A DNA stretch of 64,000 nucleotides from Nautiliaceae bacterium (GCA_039831155.1 JBDONT010000043.1:128001-192000), one strand, 5' to 3'. Shown: positions 40,202-50,305, numbered from the stretch's first letter. A program made the numbers and translations. Notes: a model not told the origin generated them from the letters alone.

Positions 40202-42067
40202 TTGGGTCTATTTGATTTTTTAAAAAAAGAGGAAAAAAAATCTCTTCCTATAAGAGTTAAGGTCGATAACGTAGCAAAAGCCCTTGTTGAAGTTTCAAAG
40301 GAGAGTGGGGTTTTGATATCTTCTTTGGATTTTGAGATTGTGGATTTTAAGACTTATATTAAAATGGAAGGTGATGAAGAATTTATAGAACTTGACGAAA
40401 TCAGCAGACCTTTAATTGGGAGTGAAGAGTTTTTGCTAAACGAAAAAAACGAAATAAAGCAGGTTTACGACATAATAATAGATAGGATTAAATTTGACGA
40501 TAATTTTGAAATTATAGGGGAGATGAAACTTAATAAACATCTCACAAAAGCGGAGTTTGTTTTAAAAAACGAGTCGTTTTTGGTTTATACGCCGGATATC
40601 GAAGAGAAACTTTTAAAAGAACTTAATAAAAAAAAGCTTAAAAACTCCCTTTTAATCTCTATTTTCGATAAAGAACTTAAAGAAGATGTTAAAGAGGTCG
40701 TAAAAACCTTAAAAGTTAATAATAAACTTTTAGAAGATAAAACCGTAAGGCTTTGTCGTGGGCTTGACGCGGTAGAGAGTATAGAAGGGAAGGTTATTTA
40801 TCACTATCTTTTAAAAAGAACTCATAAAAAAGAGCTTATTTTCCCGGTAAAAAAAGGGGATGTTTTAATAGAAATAATTAAACCGAAACCGGGGAAAAAC
40901 GGAAGAGACTGCCGTGGAAAAATTATAAAACCTCAAAACGTTTCTCATTTTAAAATGCCTAATATCTTGTATGAAGAGAGTGATATTGAAAAACAAGAAG
41001 ATGATGAAAAGATTTTGTTTATAGCCTTAAAAGACGGATATGTCCATAAAGATAAAGATTTTTACAGTATAAGAGACGAAATGGAAGTTAAGCAGATTAA
41101 TTTAAAAACGGGAGACGTCAGTGGGGCTACGGACTCAAACGTTAAGATTAACATAAGTGAATCGGACGCCTTAAAAGAAGCCATAGCCGATAATATGAAG
41201 GTTGAGACTACGTTTTTGGTTGTAAGGGGAAATGTAGGAAATTCGGCTAAGATAGTATCTAAAGAGTTAAGGGTTGAGGGGCAGACTCATCAAAAGTCTA
41301 AAATCAAATCCGGCAGTGCTTACGTAAATATACATAAAGGATACCTTGAGGGAAAAGATGTTGAGGTTAATAGGCTAGAAGGTGGAGTTATAAGAGGTAA
41401 AAACGTCAAAGTAAAACAAGCTATAGGAGGAAAAATATTCGCTCATAATGTTGAGGTTGAGATTTTAGGTTCTCATGTGGAAATTCACGCACTTAACGAA
41501 ATAAAAATCAAAAGTTTAAAAGGCAGTGAAAATAAACTTATAATATCCCCTAAAGAAGTGCTTGGCGTAAAGGGAAGTGCCGAAGAGATTGAGAAAAAAA
41601 TAGAAGAGATAAAAAGACATCTTGAGATAAAAATATTAAACTATAATAAAAGAAAGCAGGTAATTGCCAAAAACAAACCGGTTATTCAAAAGCTTTTTAA
41701 AGAATATACCGAAAATAAAAAAAGAGGCCTTAAAACACCGGCTTTAACTTTAAAAAAGATAAAAGAGTTTAACGACTTTAAAGAAAAAACCATTGAATTA
41801 AAAGAACAGATTAAACATCTTCAAGAGGAGATTAAAGAGTTAAAAGAACATTTGCAAGAGTATCAAATAGCTATTTTTAATGCTAAAATTATATCCTTTT
41901 CGCCTTGGAAGGCTTTTAATAGGATAGTATTTGACATGATAGAACCTCCTATTTCTTTAGTGTATGATACCAAAGGCGATGAGGGGGTTTGTGGATTTAA
42001 GCTAAAAGATTTGGGAGATACTTACAAAATAGTAAAAATAAAGGTAAAAGATGATAGCGGCTCTTAA
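40202..42067 (+). CDS. DUF342/FapA family (flagellar assembly protein A)
   Basis: KPKPGKNGRDCRG motif, beta-helix region, C-terminal coiled coil; between murJ and ruvA. Confidence 0.75.
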   Translation: MGLFDFLKKEEKKSLPIRVKVDNVAKALVEVSKESGVLISSLDFEIVDFKTYIKMEGDEEFIELDEISRPLIGSEEFLLNEKNEIKQVYDIIIDRIKFDDNFEIIGEMKLNKHLTKAEFVLKNESFLVYTPDIEEKLLKELNKKKLKNSLLISIFDKELKEDVKEVVKTLKVNNKLLEDKTVRLCRGLDAVESIEGKVIYHYLLKRTHKKELIFPVKKGDVLIEIIKPKPGKNGRDCRGKIIKPQNVSHFKMPNILYEESDIEKQEDDEKILFIALKDGYVHKDKDFYSIRDEMEVKQINLKTGDVSGATDSNVKINISESDALKEAIADNMKVETTFLVVRGNVGNSAKIVSKELRVEGQTHQKSKIKSGSAYVNIHKGYLEGKDVEVNRLEGGVIRGKNVKVKQAIGGKIFAHNVEVEILGSHVEIHALNEIKIKSLKGSENKLIISPKEVLGVKGSAEEIEKKIEEIKRHLEIKILNYNKRKQVIAKNKPVIQKLFKEYTENKKRGLKTPALTLKKIKEFNDFKEKTIELKEQIKHLQEEIKELKEHLQEYQIAIFNAKIISFSPWKAFNRIVFDMIEPPISLVYDTKGDEGVCGFKLKDLGDTYKIVKIKVKDDSGS

Positions 42068-42596
42068 AGGGAAAGTTTTTGAAAAGATAGAAGGAAAAGT
42101 TTTATTGGACGTAAACGGAGTTGTTTATGAAATAAACGTTAGTATGATAACGTTTTCGGAAGTAAAAGATGATGTGCTTTTTTATATAACCGAAATAATA
42201 AAAGAAAACGAATATACCCTTTACGGATTTATAGATAAAAACGAAAAAAAACTTTTTGACAGTTTAATTAAACTAAACGGAGTGGGACCTAAAGTGGCTC
42301 TTGCGATATGTTCTACCTATACGCCTCAAACTTTTATGGATATAATTTCAAATCAGGATATAAACGCTTTAAAAAAAGTACCCGGAATAGGACCTAAGGG
42401 AGCTAAGAGAATTTTAATGGAAATGAGCGAATTTGATATTGAAATATCAAATCCTACCTTAAATCAAGCTTTACTTGCTTTGGAAAACTTAGGCTTTAAT
42501 AAGCAAGATATTTTAAAAGCTATTAACGGGCTTGAGGGTAGTGTGGAAGAGGTTATAAAAGAAGCTTTGAAAAGATTGAGTAAAGGAGTTAAATGA
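42051..42596 (+). CDS. ruvA: Holliday junction branch migration protein RuvA
   Basis: LYGF, GVGPKVAL, VPGIGPK, ALENLGF. Confidence 0.95.
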   Translation: MIAALKGKVFEKIEGKVLLDVNGVVYEINVSMITFSEVKDDVLFYITEIIKENEYTLYGFIDKNEKKLFDSLIKLNGVGPKVALAICSTYTPQTFMDIISNQDINALKKVPGIGPKGAKRILMEMSEFDIEISNPTLNQALLALENLGFNKQDILKAINGLEGSVEEVIKEALKRLSKGVK

Positions 42597-43624
42597 AATT
42601 TTTAGTACTATTTGGAGGAAACAGTTTCGAACACGAAATATCTATAGTAAGTGCTATAACCCTAAAAGACAAAATCAAAAAACACGAACTTGTATTTGTT
42701 TATGTGGATGATGAAAGGGATTTTTATTTAATTAAAAAAGAGAATATGAAAAGCAAATATTTTTCTACGAGAGAGTATAAAAAAGCTACAAAACTTGAAA
42801 TTACAAAAGGTGGTTTTAGATATTTTAAAGGACTTTTAAAGAAATGTTATTATGTTAACTTTGATGTAACAATAAACCTAATTCACGGAAAAGACGGAGA
42901 AGACGGAAAAATACCATCGCTACTTGAATTTTTTAATATAAAAGCAATTACACCTAATGTAGAAGCAAGTGTAATAAGCTATAATAAAGTTTTAACAAAA
43001 GCCTATGCAAAAGAAGTGGGGGTGGATGTAATTGATTATGAGGTTATAAACTCTCCTAAAACAAGATTTTCTTTTCCGGTAATTGTAAAACCGGCAAGAC
43101 TTGGGAGCAGTATAGGGGTTAGTGTGGCTAAAAATCAAGATGAACTTAATTATGCTTTTGATGTGGCTAGAGAGTTTGACGATTTGATAATCGTAGAACC
43201 TTTTATAGAGGGAATAGAGGAGTATAATTTAGCTGGATTTCTAGCTGATGAGTTTGTGTTTTCTAATGTTGAAAAAATTGAGAAAAAAGAGTATTTGGAT
43301 TTTGAGAAAAAATATATGGACTTTAGTAGAAAGAATATTATGTTAAGTAATATTGATAAATCAATAGAGAAAAACCTAAAAGAAGCATTTAAAAAAATAT
43401 ACAACTCAACTTTCAAAAACGCCCTTATAAGATGTGACTTTTTTGTAAAAGAGGGCAAAGTATATTTAAACGAAATTAATCCTATACCCGGAAGTATGGC
43501 TAATTATTTGTTTGACGATTTTGATTTGGTATTGGAAAAATTAGCCTCTTCTTTAAAGGAAGAGCGTAAAATAAAAGTGGACTTTAGCTATATAAATAAA
43601 ATTCAGATGGCAAAAGGAAAGTAG
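42593..43624 (+). CDS. ddl: D-alanine--D-alanine ligase
   Basis: FGGNSFEHEIS, HGKDGEDG, GSSIG, NEINPIPG. Confidence 0.93.
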   Translation: MKFLVLFGGNSFEHEISIVSAITLKDKIKKHELVFVYVDDERDFYLIKKENMKSKYFSTREYKKATKLEITKGGFRYFKGLLKKCYYVNFDVTINLIHGKDGEDGKIPSLLEFFNIKAITPNVEASVISYNKVLTKAYAKEVGVDVIDYEVINSPKTRFSFPVIVKPARLGSSIGVSVAKNQDELNYAFDVAREFDDLIIVEPFIEGIEEYNLAGFLADEFVFSNVEKIEKKEYLDFEKKYMDFSRKNIMLSNIDKSIEKNLKEAFKKIYNSTFKNALIRCDFFVKEGKVYLNEINPIPGSMANYLFDDFDLVLEKLASSLKEERKIKVDFSYINKIQMAKGK

Positions 43625-43896
43625 TGCAAACCCATAAATTTATAATAAAAGGTAAAGTCCAGGGAGTTTGGTATAGAAAATTTGTAAGTGAGAGTGCCAA
43701 AGAAGAAGGTTTTAAAGGTTACATAAGAAATTTGCCTAATAAGAGTGTTGAAGCTGTGGTTAATATAAAAGATGAAAGTGAATTAAAGAGGTTTATCGAA
43801 ATTTTAAAAAAGGGCTCTCCTTACAGTGAAGTTAAAGAAATTAATTATCAAAAAACAGAAAATCAAAACTTTGAAGATTTTGAGATAAGGTATTAA
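43624..43896 (+). CDS. acyP: Acylphosphatase
   Basis: GKVQGVWYR and GYIRNL motifs. Confidence 0.9.
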   Translation: MQTHKFIIKGKVQGVWYRKFVSESAKEEGFKGYIRNLPNKSVEAVVNIKDESELKRFIEILKKGSPYSEVKEINYQKTENQNFEDFEIRY

Positions 43897-44553
43897 ATGG
43901 CTAACTTTTCAACTCATATAAACGTAGCTGCATTTGTAAGTGCGACGACGACCTGGAGCTTTTATCATCTCTCTTTGGTTTCAAAAGAGGACGCTCCTAT
44001 CTATTTTTTAGCAGGAATAATAGGAGGTATACTTCCCGATATAGACCATGACAACTCAACGCCTCTTAAAATAATGCAGTTTTTGTTTGCCAATATTTTC
44101 GCTTTTTTGAGTATTTATAAATTTATAGGTAAACTTCCCATTTTAAATTTAGCACTCATTTGGATAGGCAGTTATCTTGTATGCAATATAATATTTTTTA
44201 TTTTCAAAAAAATTACAAAACACAGAGGGATTATCCACTCAATCCCGACTGCTTTTATTTTGTGGTTTTTAAGTACGGTTTACTCTTACTATTTTATGAA
44301 TTTAGGAGTGGTTAAAAGCTATCTTATAGGATTTTTTCTGTTTTTAGGTTATATTACCCATCTTGTGCTTGATGAAATTTATGCTGTGGATATAGCCGGT
44401 AACAGACTTAAAAACTCTTTTGGAAGTGCACTTAAACTATTCGGAAGAAACTCAAAAATCAATATAGTAGTTTATATGATTTTAGGGGCTTTAATTATTG
44501 CACTGCCTCATAAGGAAGTTTTGATAAATATTTTTCAAAGGGTTATTAAATGA
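43897..44553 (+). CDS. Membrane-bound metal-dependent hydrolase (YdjM-like)
   Basis: TH, LPDIDH, HRGIIHS and HLVLD motifs. Confidence 0.8.
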   Translation: MANFSTHINVAAFVSATTTWSFYHLSLVSKEDAPIYFLAGIIGGILPDIDHDNSTPLKIMQFLFANIFAFLSIYKFIGKLPILNLALIWIGSYLVCNIIFFIFKKITKHRGIIHSIPTAFILWFLSTVYSYYFMNLGVVKSYLIGFFLFLGYITHLVLDEIYAVDIAGNRLKNSFGSALKLFGRNSKINIVVYMILGALIIALPHKEVLINIFQRVIK

Positions 44554-45950
44554 ACTTAATTGTAAATTTTATAACGGTTTATCTGTTGGCGTTTTATCTT
44601 ATTACCGTATTGCAGTGGTATAACTATAAATTAAGTAGAATCGTTTTTCATTTTCATAAACCGATTTGGCATTTGATTTATTTTGTAATTCCTATACTAA
44701 CTTATACGGTTGCGTATAAATTTTTTTGGATATATTTGTTTTTCGGGCTTTTGCCGGCTTTGATTTTGTGGTATAGAAGAGTTAAAGGGCTTGTTTTTAC
44801 CTCCAGGGTTAAAAGATTTTTGACAATAGTGGGGATTTTAGAAACCATAAATTTAGTTTTTTTAAATAAACTTCATTATAATCCCGGAATTGCGGCTTTA
44901 GTGGTATTGGTTTTGAGCGTTTTAATTTCCGAATCGATAGAGTACGTTTTATTTTTGAAATACAAATCTATGGCTAAAAAAAGATTAAAAGAGATATCTC
45001 CTCAAATAGTGGTAATTACTGCAAGCTACGGAAAAACTTCTATAAAAAACTTCTTAGCACAACTGCTCCCCAACGCTTATAAAACACCAAGAAGCGTAAA
45101 TACCTTAAAAGGAATTATAAAAGATATAAATACCGATATGCCTTCAAACACCAAAATCTATATAGCCGAAGCCGGTGCAAGAGAGAAGGGCGATATACTT
45201 GAGATTGTAAAATTCTTAGAAAACGAATATTCTATTTTGGGTAAAATAGGTCCTCAACATATCGAATATTTTAAAAGTTTGGAAAATATCAAAAATACGA
45301 AACTTGAAGTTTTTAAAACCCCTAATTTAAAAAAAGGTTTTTCTTATGAAGTGCCTTATAACGAAAAGGTGGAAGTTATAAAAGATAAAATATCAGATAT
45401 AAAAGCTTCTTTAGACGGGCTTGAGTGGAATTTGAAAATAGGGGATGATATTCATCATTTTAAATGTAACTTACTTGGTGGATTTAACGCTATGAATATT
45501 TCACTGGCTGTTTTCCAGGCTTTGGAACTGGGAGAAGATATTGAAAAAATTAAAACGAAAGTGGAAAAACTCCAGGCAATACCTCACAGACTTCAAAAAA
45601 TAGAAGTTGGAGGAAAAATTATAATAGACGATAGTTTTAACGGTAATTTAGAGGGGATGATTGAATCTTATAATCTCGTAAAAGAGTACCCGGGTAGAAA
45701 AATACTCATAACCCCTGGAATCGTAGAAGCTACAAAAGAACAAAATATAAAATTGGCTAAAAAAATAGACGAAGTTTTTGATTTGGTAATTATAACCGGA
45801 GAAGTTAATAAAAAAGTATTGAACGAAAACATACTAAACAGTGAGAAGATTATGTTAACTAATAAGCAAAAATTAGAAAAAATCCTACAAGAAACAACAA
45901 AAGCAAAAGACTTAATACTATTTAGCAACGATACCCCAAACTACTTATAA
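44550..45950 (+). CDS. murF: Mur ligase (MurF, Campylobacterota type)
   Basis: ITASYGKTS, IIDDSFNGN; N-terminal TM segments. Confidence 0.8.
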   Translation: MNLIVNFITVYLLAFYLITVLQWYNYKLSRIVFHFHKPIWHLIYFVIPILTYTVAYKFFWIYLFFGLLPALILWYRRVKGLVFTSRVKRFLTIVGILETINLVFLNKLHYNPGIAALVVLVLSVLISESIEYVLFLKYKSMAKKRLKEISPQIVVITASYGKTSIKNFLAQLLPNAYKTPRSVNTLKGIIKDINTDMPSNTKIYIAEAGAREKGDILEIVKFLENEYSILGKIGPQHIEYFKSLENIKNTKLEVFKTPNLKKGFSYEVPYNEKVEVIKDKISDIKASLDGLEWNLKIGDDIHHFKCNLLGGFNAMNISLAVFQALELGEDIEKIKTKVEKLQAIPHRLQKIEVGGKIIIDDSFNGNLEGMIESYNLVKEYPGRKILITPGIVEATKEQNIKLAKKIDEVFDLVIITGEVNKKVLNENILNSEKIMLTNKQKLEKILQETTKAKDLILFSNDTPNYL

Positions 45951-45959
45951 GGAGAAAAA

Positions 45960-46544
45960 ATGGAAATCGTTTTAGAGTGTTTGTCAAATATTTCCCAACA
46001 TTTAGATATCGTAATTTTAGTTACGATGGTAAATGTTTTTATTTTTTCTTTAAATATAGTTACCATAAGTAAAATCACTAAATTTTTTATGTTTTTATCA
46101 GTTATAGCTTTAATTTCTTTAACTCTTTTAGTAAGTTACGATGTAATTATGAGGAAGTTTTTTCACGGGGGAAGTATAGCTTTACAAGAGCTTGAATGGC
46201 ATCTTTTTGATATAGTGTTTCTTTTTTCTATCGCTTACACCTTAAGCCACGACAAACACGTAAGAGTCGATATCTTTTACGATAAGTTTCCTACCAAGGT
46301 AAAAGCGATAATTCAAATTATTACCGTTTTATTTTTCGTAGTGCCTCTTTCTACTTTAATTGTGGTTGAGGCTATTCCTTTTGTACAAATGAGTTACGCT
46401 ATGCACGAACAATCCGGTGACCCGGGTGGACTTTGTTGCAGATGGATTATTAAAAGTTCTATGATATTTGCGTTTTTAGTTGTGATTTTGCAATCTGTTT
46501 TAGAATTAAAAAAAGCTTATTTTAAACTAAAAGGACAAAAATGA
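45960..46544 (+). CDS. TRAP transporter small permease (DctQ-like); start uncertain
   Basis: QELEWH, HVRVDIFY, SGDPGGL. Confidence 0.85.
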   Translation: MEIVLECLSNISQHLDIVILVTMVNVFIFSLNIVTISKITKFFMFLSVIALISLTLLVSYDVIMRKFFHGGSIALQELEWHLFDIVFLFSIAYTLSHDKHVRVDIFYDKFPTKVKAIIQIITVLFFVVPLSTLIVVEAIPFVQMSYAMHEQSGDPGGLCCRWIIKSSMIFAFLVVILQSVLELKKAYFKLKGQK

Positions 46545-47833
46545 CGGGAATTATTTTATTTGTTGCTGCTTTTGTTTTGTTAATGCTGGGTATTCCAGTT
46601 GCTTTTGCTTTTGGGGCTAGTGCTATATTTGCAGTGCTTTTAGACCCAAATATGGACTTAAGCGTATTTGGATTTTTGCCTTATAGAATATACGGGATTA
46701 TGCAAAATGTAACCTTAATGGCAGTGCCTCTTTTTATTTTTATGGGATTTATCTTAGAAAAAAGTAAAATAGCCGAAAATATGCTCGAATCTATAGGAGA
46801 GCTTTTCGGTCCTATTAGGGGAGGGCTTGCCATAGCTATTGTTATAGTAGGGGCTATTCTTGCGGCTTCTACCGGTATTGTAGGGGCAAGTGTCGTTATG
46901 ATGACTATTATTTCTTTACCTATTATGTTAAAACACGGTTACTCTCCTAAATTGGCAGGAGGAGTAATAGCAGCCAGTGGGACACTAGGACAACTTATTC
47001 CTCCTAGTATCGTTTTGATTATTTTAGGGGATAGAATGAATATCAGTGTAGGGGATTTGTTTAAAGCGGCTTTGATTCCGGGATTTATTATAGTCGGTTT
47101 ATATATTCTTTATATTTTGATAATAGCATTTTTAAAGCCTCAAATCGTACCTCCTATAAAAACCGATAAACCTTATAAAGAAGTATTTTTAAAAGCCCTA
47201 AAATCGTTGGTAGCTCCTTTTATATTAATAATAGTGGTACTTGGTAGTATTTTTGCAGGGTTTGCCACACCTACGGAATCTGCTGCGATAGGGGCTTTGG
47301 GTGCTGTTATTTTAACCATTTTTTATAGAACTTTTAGTTTTGAGCTTTTAAGATACGCAAGTATTGAAACGGTAAAAATAACTGCTATGATTTTTATGAT
47401 TTTAATAGGGGCTACGGCTTTTTCTTTGGTGTTTAACGAATCCGGAGCCGGAGATATTATTACTCAATTTTTCACCGATACCATTTCAAATAAATATATC
47501 TTTATAGCCATTTCTATGGTTTTAATTTTTATTTTAGGATTCTTTATCGATTTTATTGAAATTACTTTTATCGTTATTCCTATTTTACTGCCTATAGTTC
47601 AAGAGCTTGGAATAGACCCTTTATGGTTCGCACTTTTAATTGCCATAAATTTACAGACTTCATTTTTAACGCCACCGTTTGGATTTAGTCTGTTTTATTT
47701 AAAAGGTGCCGCCGGAGATAAAATCAAAACGAAAGATTTATACGTAGGAATTATTCCTTTTATTATTATGCAGCTTATTACGCTTTTAATAGTTCTGTTT
47801 ATACCTAAACTCGTATACGTATTCGTAAACTAG
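46541..47833 (+). CDS. TRAP transporter large permease (DctM-like)
   Basis: AVPLFIFMG, GTLGQLIPPS, TPTESAA, FLTPPFG. Confidence 0.92.
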   Translation: MTGIILFVAAFVLLMLGIPVAFAFGASAIFAVLLDPNMDLSVFGFLPYRIYGIMQNVTLMAVPLFIFMGFILEKSKIAENMLESIGELFGPIRGGLAIAIVIVGAILAASTGIVGASVVMMTIISLPIMLKHGYSPKLAGGVIAASGTLGQLIPPSIVLIILGDRMNISVGDLFKAALIPGFIIVGLYILYILIIAFLKPQIVPPIKTDKPYKEVFLKALKSLVAPFILIIVVLGSIFAGFATPTESAAIGALGAVILTIFYRTFSFELLRYASIETVKITAMIFMILIGATAFSLVFNESGAGDIITQFFTDTISNKYIFIAISMVLIFILGFFIDFIEITFIVIPILLPIVQELGIDPLWFALLIAINLQTSFLTPPFGFSLFYLKGAAGDKIKTKDLYVGIIPFIIMQLITLLIVLFIPKLVYVFVN

Positions 47834-47866
47834 GGAGTCTTAAAGGTTCTCTAGGAGAAAAAACAA

Positions 47867-47894
47867 AATGTAGAGAATATACATTATGTTAACT
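47867..47894 (+). other. dif: Chromosomal dif site (XerC/XerD type)
   Basis: AATGTAGAGAA-TATACA-TTATGTTAACT has the 11-6-11 layout; compare E. coli TTATGTTAAAT and B. subtilis ACTTCCTAGAA-TATATA-TTATGTAAACT; intergenic; near the apparent GC-skew switch. Confidence 0.8.
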
Positions 47895-47913
47895 AAGATA
47901 TATTAAAAAAAAA

Positions 47914-48072
47914 TCAAAAAAGCTTATTTAATAAATCTTTATTATCTTCTAAGTATTTATCAATAAGCTTTCGTAACTCTTTACTGGAATCTGAATGTTT
48001 GAGTTTTGCTATTTTTTTAAACGCTTCCCACTTAGATTTTTCCACCTTAAAATTTGCGTTTTTCATTTCCAT
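47914..48072 (-). CDS. Small ribbon-helix-helix-like DNA-binding protein (52 aa; not in ORF track)
   Basis: MEMKNANFKVEKSKWEAFKKIAKLKHSDSSKELRKLIDKYLEDNKDLLNKLF; AAGG RBS; beta-alpha-alpha pattern. Confidence 0.65.
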   Translation of the reverse strand: MEMKNANFKVEKSKWEAFKKIAKLKHSDSSKELRKLIDKYLEDNKDLLNKLF

Positions 48073-48153
48073 ATCAAAGCCTTTTAATGTTTTTGTGAAA
48101 TTTTATTTAAATTTTCTCTTTTTTGCTATACTTTCAGCTAAAAAAGGTAAAAA

Positions 48154-48684
48154 ATGAACAAAAAAGAGATTTTCCAAAGAACGAACAATAAATGCGAACT
48201 TTGTGAGAGTGAAGATAATTTAAGCGTATATGAAGTTTTTAAAAGTGAAGATAACGACGGATATGCCCTATTATGTAAAAAATGTTTTTCTCAAATAGAA
48301 TCTCAAAACTTTGATGAAACTCATTTTAACTGCTTAAACAACGCTATGTGGAGCGAAGTACCGGCAGTTAAAATCTTAAGCTACAAAATATGGAAAGCTC
48401 TAGGCAGAAGTGATATGACGGATATGATGTATTTAACGGATGAAGAACTTGCAATAGCAAACAAAGAAGAGGAAATTATCAAAGACTCAAACGGCAATAT
48501 ATTAAAAGCCGGAGACAATGTAAGCGTAATTAAAGATTTAGAAGTTAAAGGTGCCGGAAAAACAATCAAAAGAGGAACGGTTGTTAAAAACATAAGAATG
48601 TGCGATGTACCGGGTCACGTATCTTGTAAAGTGGATGGAATCGGTCAAGTTTATTTAAAAACCGAATTTTTAAAGAAAATTTAA
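48154..48684 (+). CDS. PhnA-domain (YjdM-like) protein
   Basis: CELC/CKKC zinc motifs; DSNGNILKAGDNVSVIKDLEVKG..KRGT..LKTEFLKK. Confidence 0.85.
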   Translation: MNKKEIFQRTNNKCELCESEDNLSVYEVFKSEDNDGYALLCKKCFSQIESQNFDETHFNCLNNAMWSEVPAVKILSYKIWKALGRSDMTDMMYLTDEELAIANKEEEIIKDSNGNILKAGDNVSVIKDLEVKGAGKTIKRGTVVKNIRMCDVPGHVSCKVDGIGQVYLKTEFLKKI

Positions 48685-49847
48685 CTCTCCACTCGGTTTT
48701 TTCCTCCATTCTTAGCTTTATAAAGAGCTTTGTCGGCTTTTTCTACAAGTTTATAAAAATCTTTACTGTCATTTAAATGTATACATCCTACCCCGAAACT
48801 ACAAGTAACTTTATCTATTTTTTCAAAATTGTGAGAGGCTATTTTTTGTCTTAGAATTTCTGCAACTTTTGCTGCTTCTGTAGAATTCTCCACACTATCT
48901 AAAATAACCAAAAACTCCTCCCCTCCCCATCTAATTACAATATCACTTTTTCTAAGGGAATTTTTTACTATTTGGCTTAATGTTTTAAGTATTTCATCCC
49001 CTACGTTATGCCCTAATCTGTCATTAATCTGTTTAAAGTTGTCTATATCGAATAAAATTACACATTTTTTAAATCTGATAAAGCTAGAAAGAACCTTTTC
49101 TAAAATTTTTCTATTATAAAGCCCGGTAAGAGAATCTGTTAAAATCTCTTTTTCAAAATCGCTAATATCGTTTAATACAATCAAAGTATAATTTTTATTG
49201 ATGTTTTGAATATTTACATCAAAAGTTATTTTTTTATCGTTTAAAGAAACGGTAATTTCTTGGTAATCTTTACTTAAGTCGATAGGAATTTTCTCTATCA
49301 ATTCTTCAAACGTTTTTATGTTAGGAAACATAAGACTAAAAGCTTTATTTATTAATTTAATTTTTCTGTTTTCTAAAAGAACTGAGGGATTTGGTTGTTT
49401 GTTAAAAACTTCCTGTAATAGATTCATAAGTTCTTTAATTTCTTTTTTTTGTTTTAAAAATTCAGCTAAAGAGTTTAATTTTTTCAGAAGTTTTTGTTTA
49501 TCGATAGGTTTTGTAAGATAGCCTTCCACTCCTAAATCGATGGCTTCTTTTAAATACTCCACATCGGCAAAAGCCGTTATAAATATAACAAATTCATAAT
49601 GGTTTTTTTCTTTTATTTTTTTTACCATCTCTATGCCGTTCATTATAGGCATTCTGATATCCGAAATTACAATATCGGGTTTAAACTCTTCATATTTTTC
49701 AAGCCCCTCTTTTCCGTTTGAGGCTATTATCACTTCTTTAAAGTATCTTTTTATCATAAAAGCAAAAGACTCTCTAATAAACTCATCATCTTCTACATAT
49801 AAACAAACTAATTTTTTTAAAAATTCCGAAGGTTTGACTTTATTCAT
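48681..49847 (-). CDS. Response regulator-diguanylate cyclase
   Basis: Receiver domain (VEDD, SDIRMP, KP); DSLTGLYNR, RKSD I-site, RWGGEEF; ATG 49847 has a GGGGA RBS. Confidence 0.92.
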   Translation of the reverse strand: MNKVKPSEFLKKLVCLYVEDDEFIRESFAFMIKRYFKEVIIASNGKEGLEKYEEFKPDIVISDIRMPIMNGIEMVKKIKEKNHYEFVIFITAFADVEYLKEAIDLGVEGYLTKPIDKQKLLKKLNSLAEFLKQKKEIKELMNLLQEVFNKQPNPSVLLENRKIKLINKAFSLMFPNIKTFEELIEKIPIDLSKDYQEITVSLNDKKITFDVNIQNINKNYTLIVLNDISDFEKEILTDSLTGLYNRKILEKVLSSFIRFKKCVILFDIDNFKQINDRLGHNVGDEILKTLSQIVKNSLRKSDIVIRWGGEEFLVILDSVENSTEAAKVAEILRQKIASHNFEKIDKVTCSFGVGCIHLNDSKDFYKLVEKADKALYKAKNGGKNRVES

Positions 49848-49928
49848 TTTTCCCCATTCTTTTATTTTATGATTCACAGAAATTTAATATAATTCTATCA
49901 AAATTTTATTTTGTAAAAGGCATCAAAA

Positions 49929-50294
49929 ATGACGAACAAATTAAAATTACTTTTTGTGGAAGATGATAAAACCACAAGAGAAATTATGAATGTTTTTTTA
50001 GAAGAATATTTCGCTCATATAGAAATAGCCGTAGACGGACTTGATGCTTTGGAAAAATATCAAGATAATAAATTCGACGTAATTATTTCCGATATAAATA
50101 TGCCTAATATGAGCGGATTGGAATTATTTAAAATAATCAGAGAAAAAGATAAAAACGTTATTTTAATTTTAACAACGGCTTATAATGATGATTCTTTTAT
50201 CAAAAAAAGTCAAGAAATAGGTATAAACGGATATTTTGCAAAACCTATAGATATAGACAAATTAATACTTACCTTACAAGAGGTGGTGTATTAA
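49929..50294 (+). CDS. Single-domain response regulator
   Basis: VEDD, SDINMP, TTA, KP. Confidence 0.92.
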   Translation: MTNKLKLLFVEDDKTTREIMNVFLEEYFAHIEIAVDGLDALEKYQDNKFDVIISDINMPNMSGLELFKIIREKDKNVILILTTAYNDDSFIKKSQEIGINGYFAKPIDIDKLILTLQEVVY

Positions 50295-50305
50295 GAAGGT
50301 ATTAA

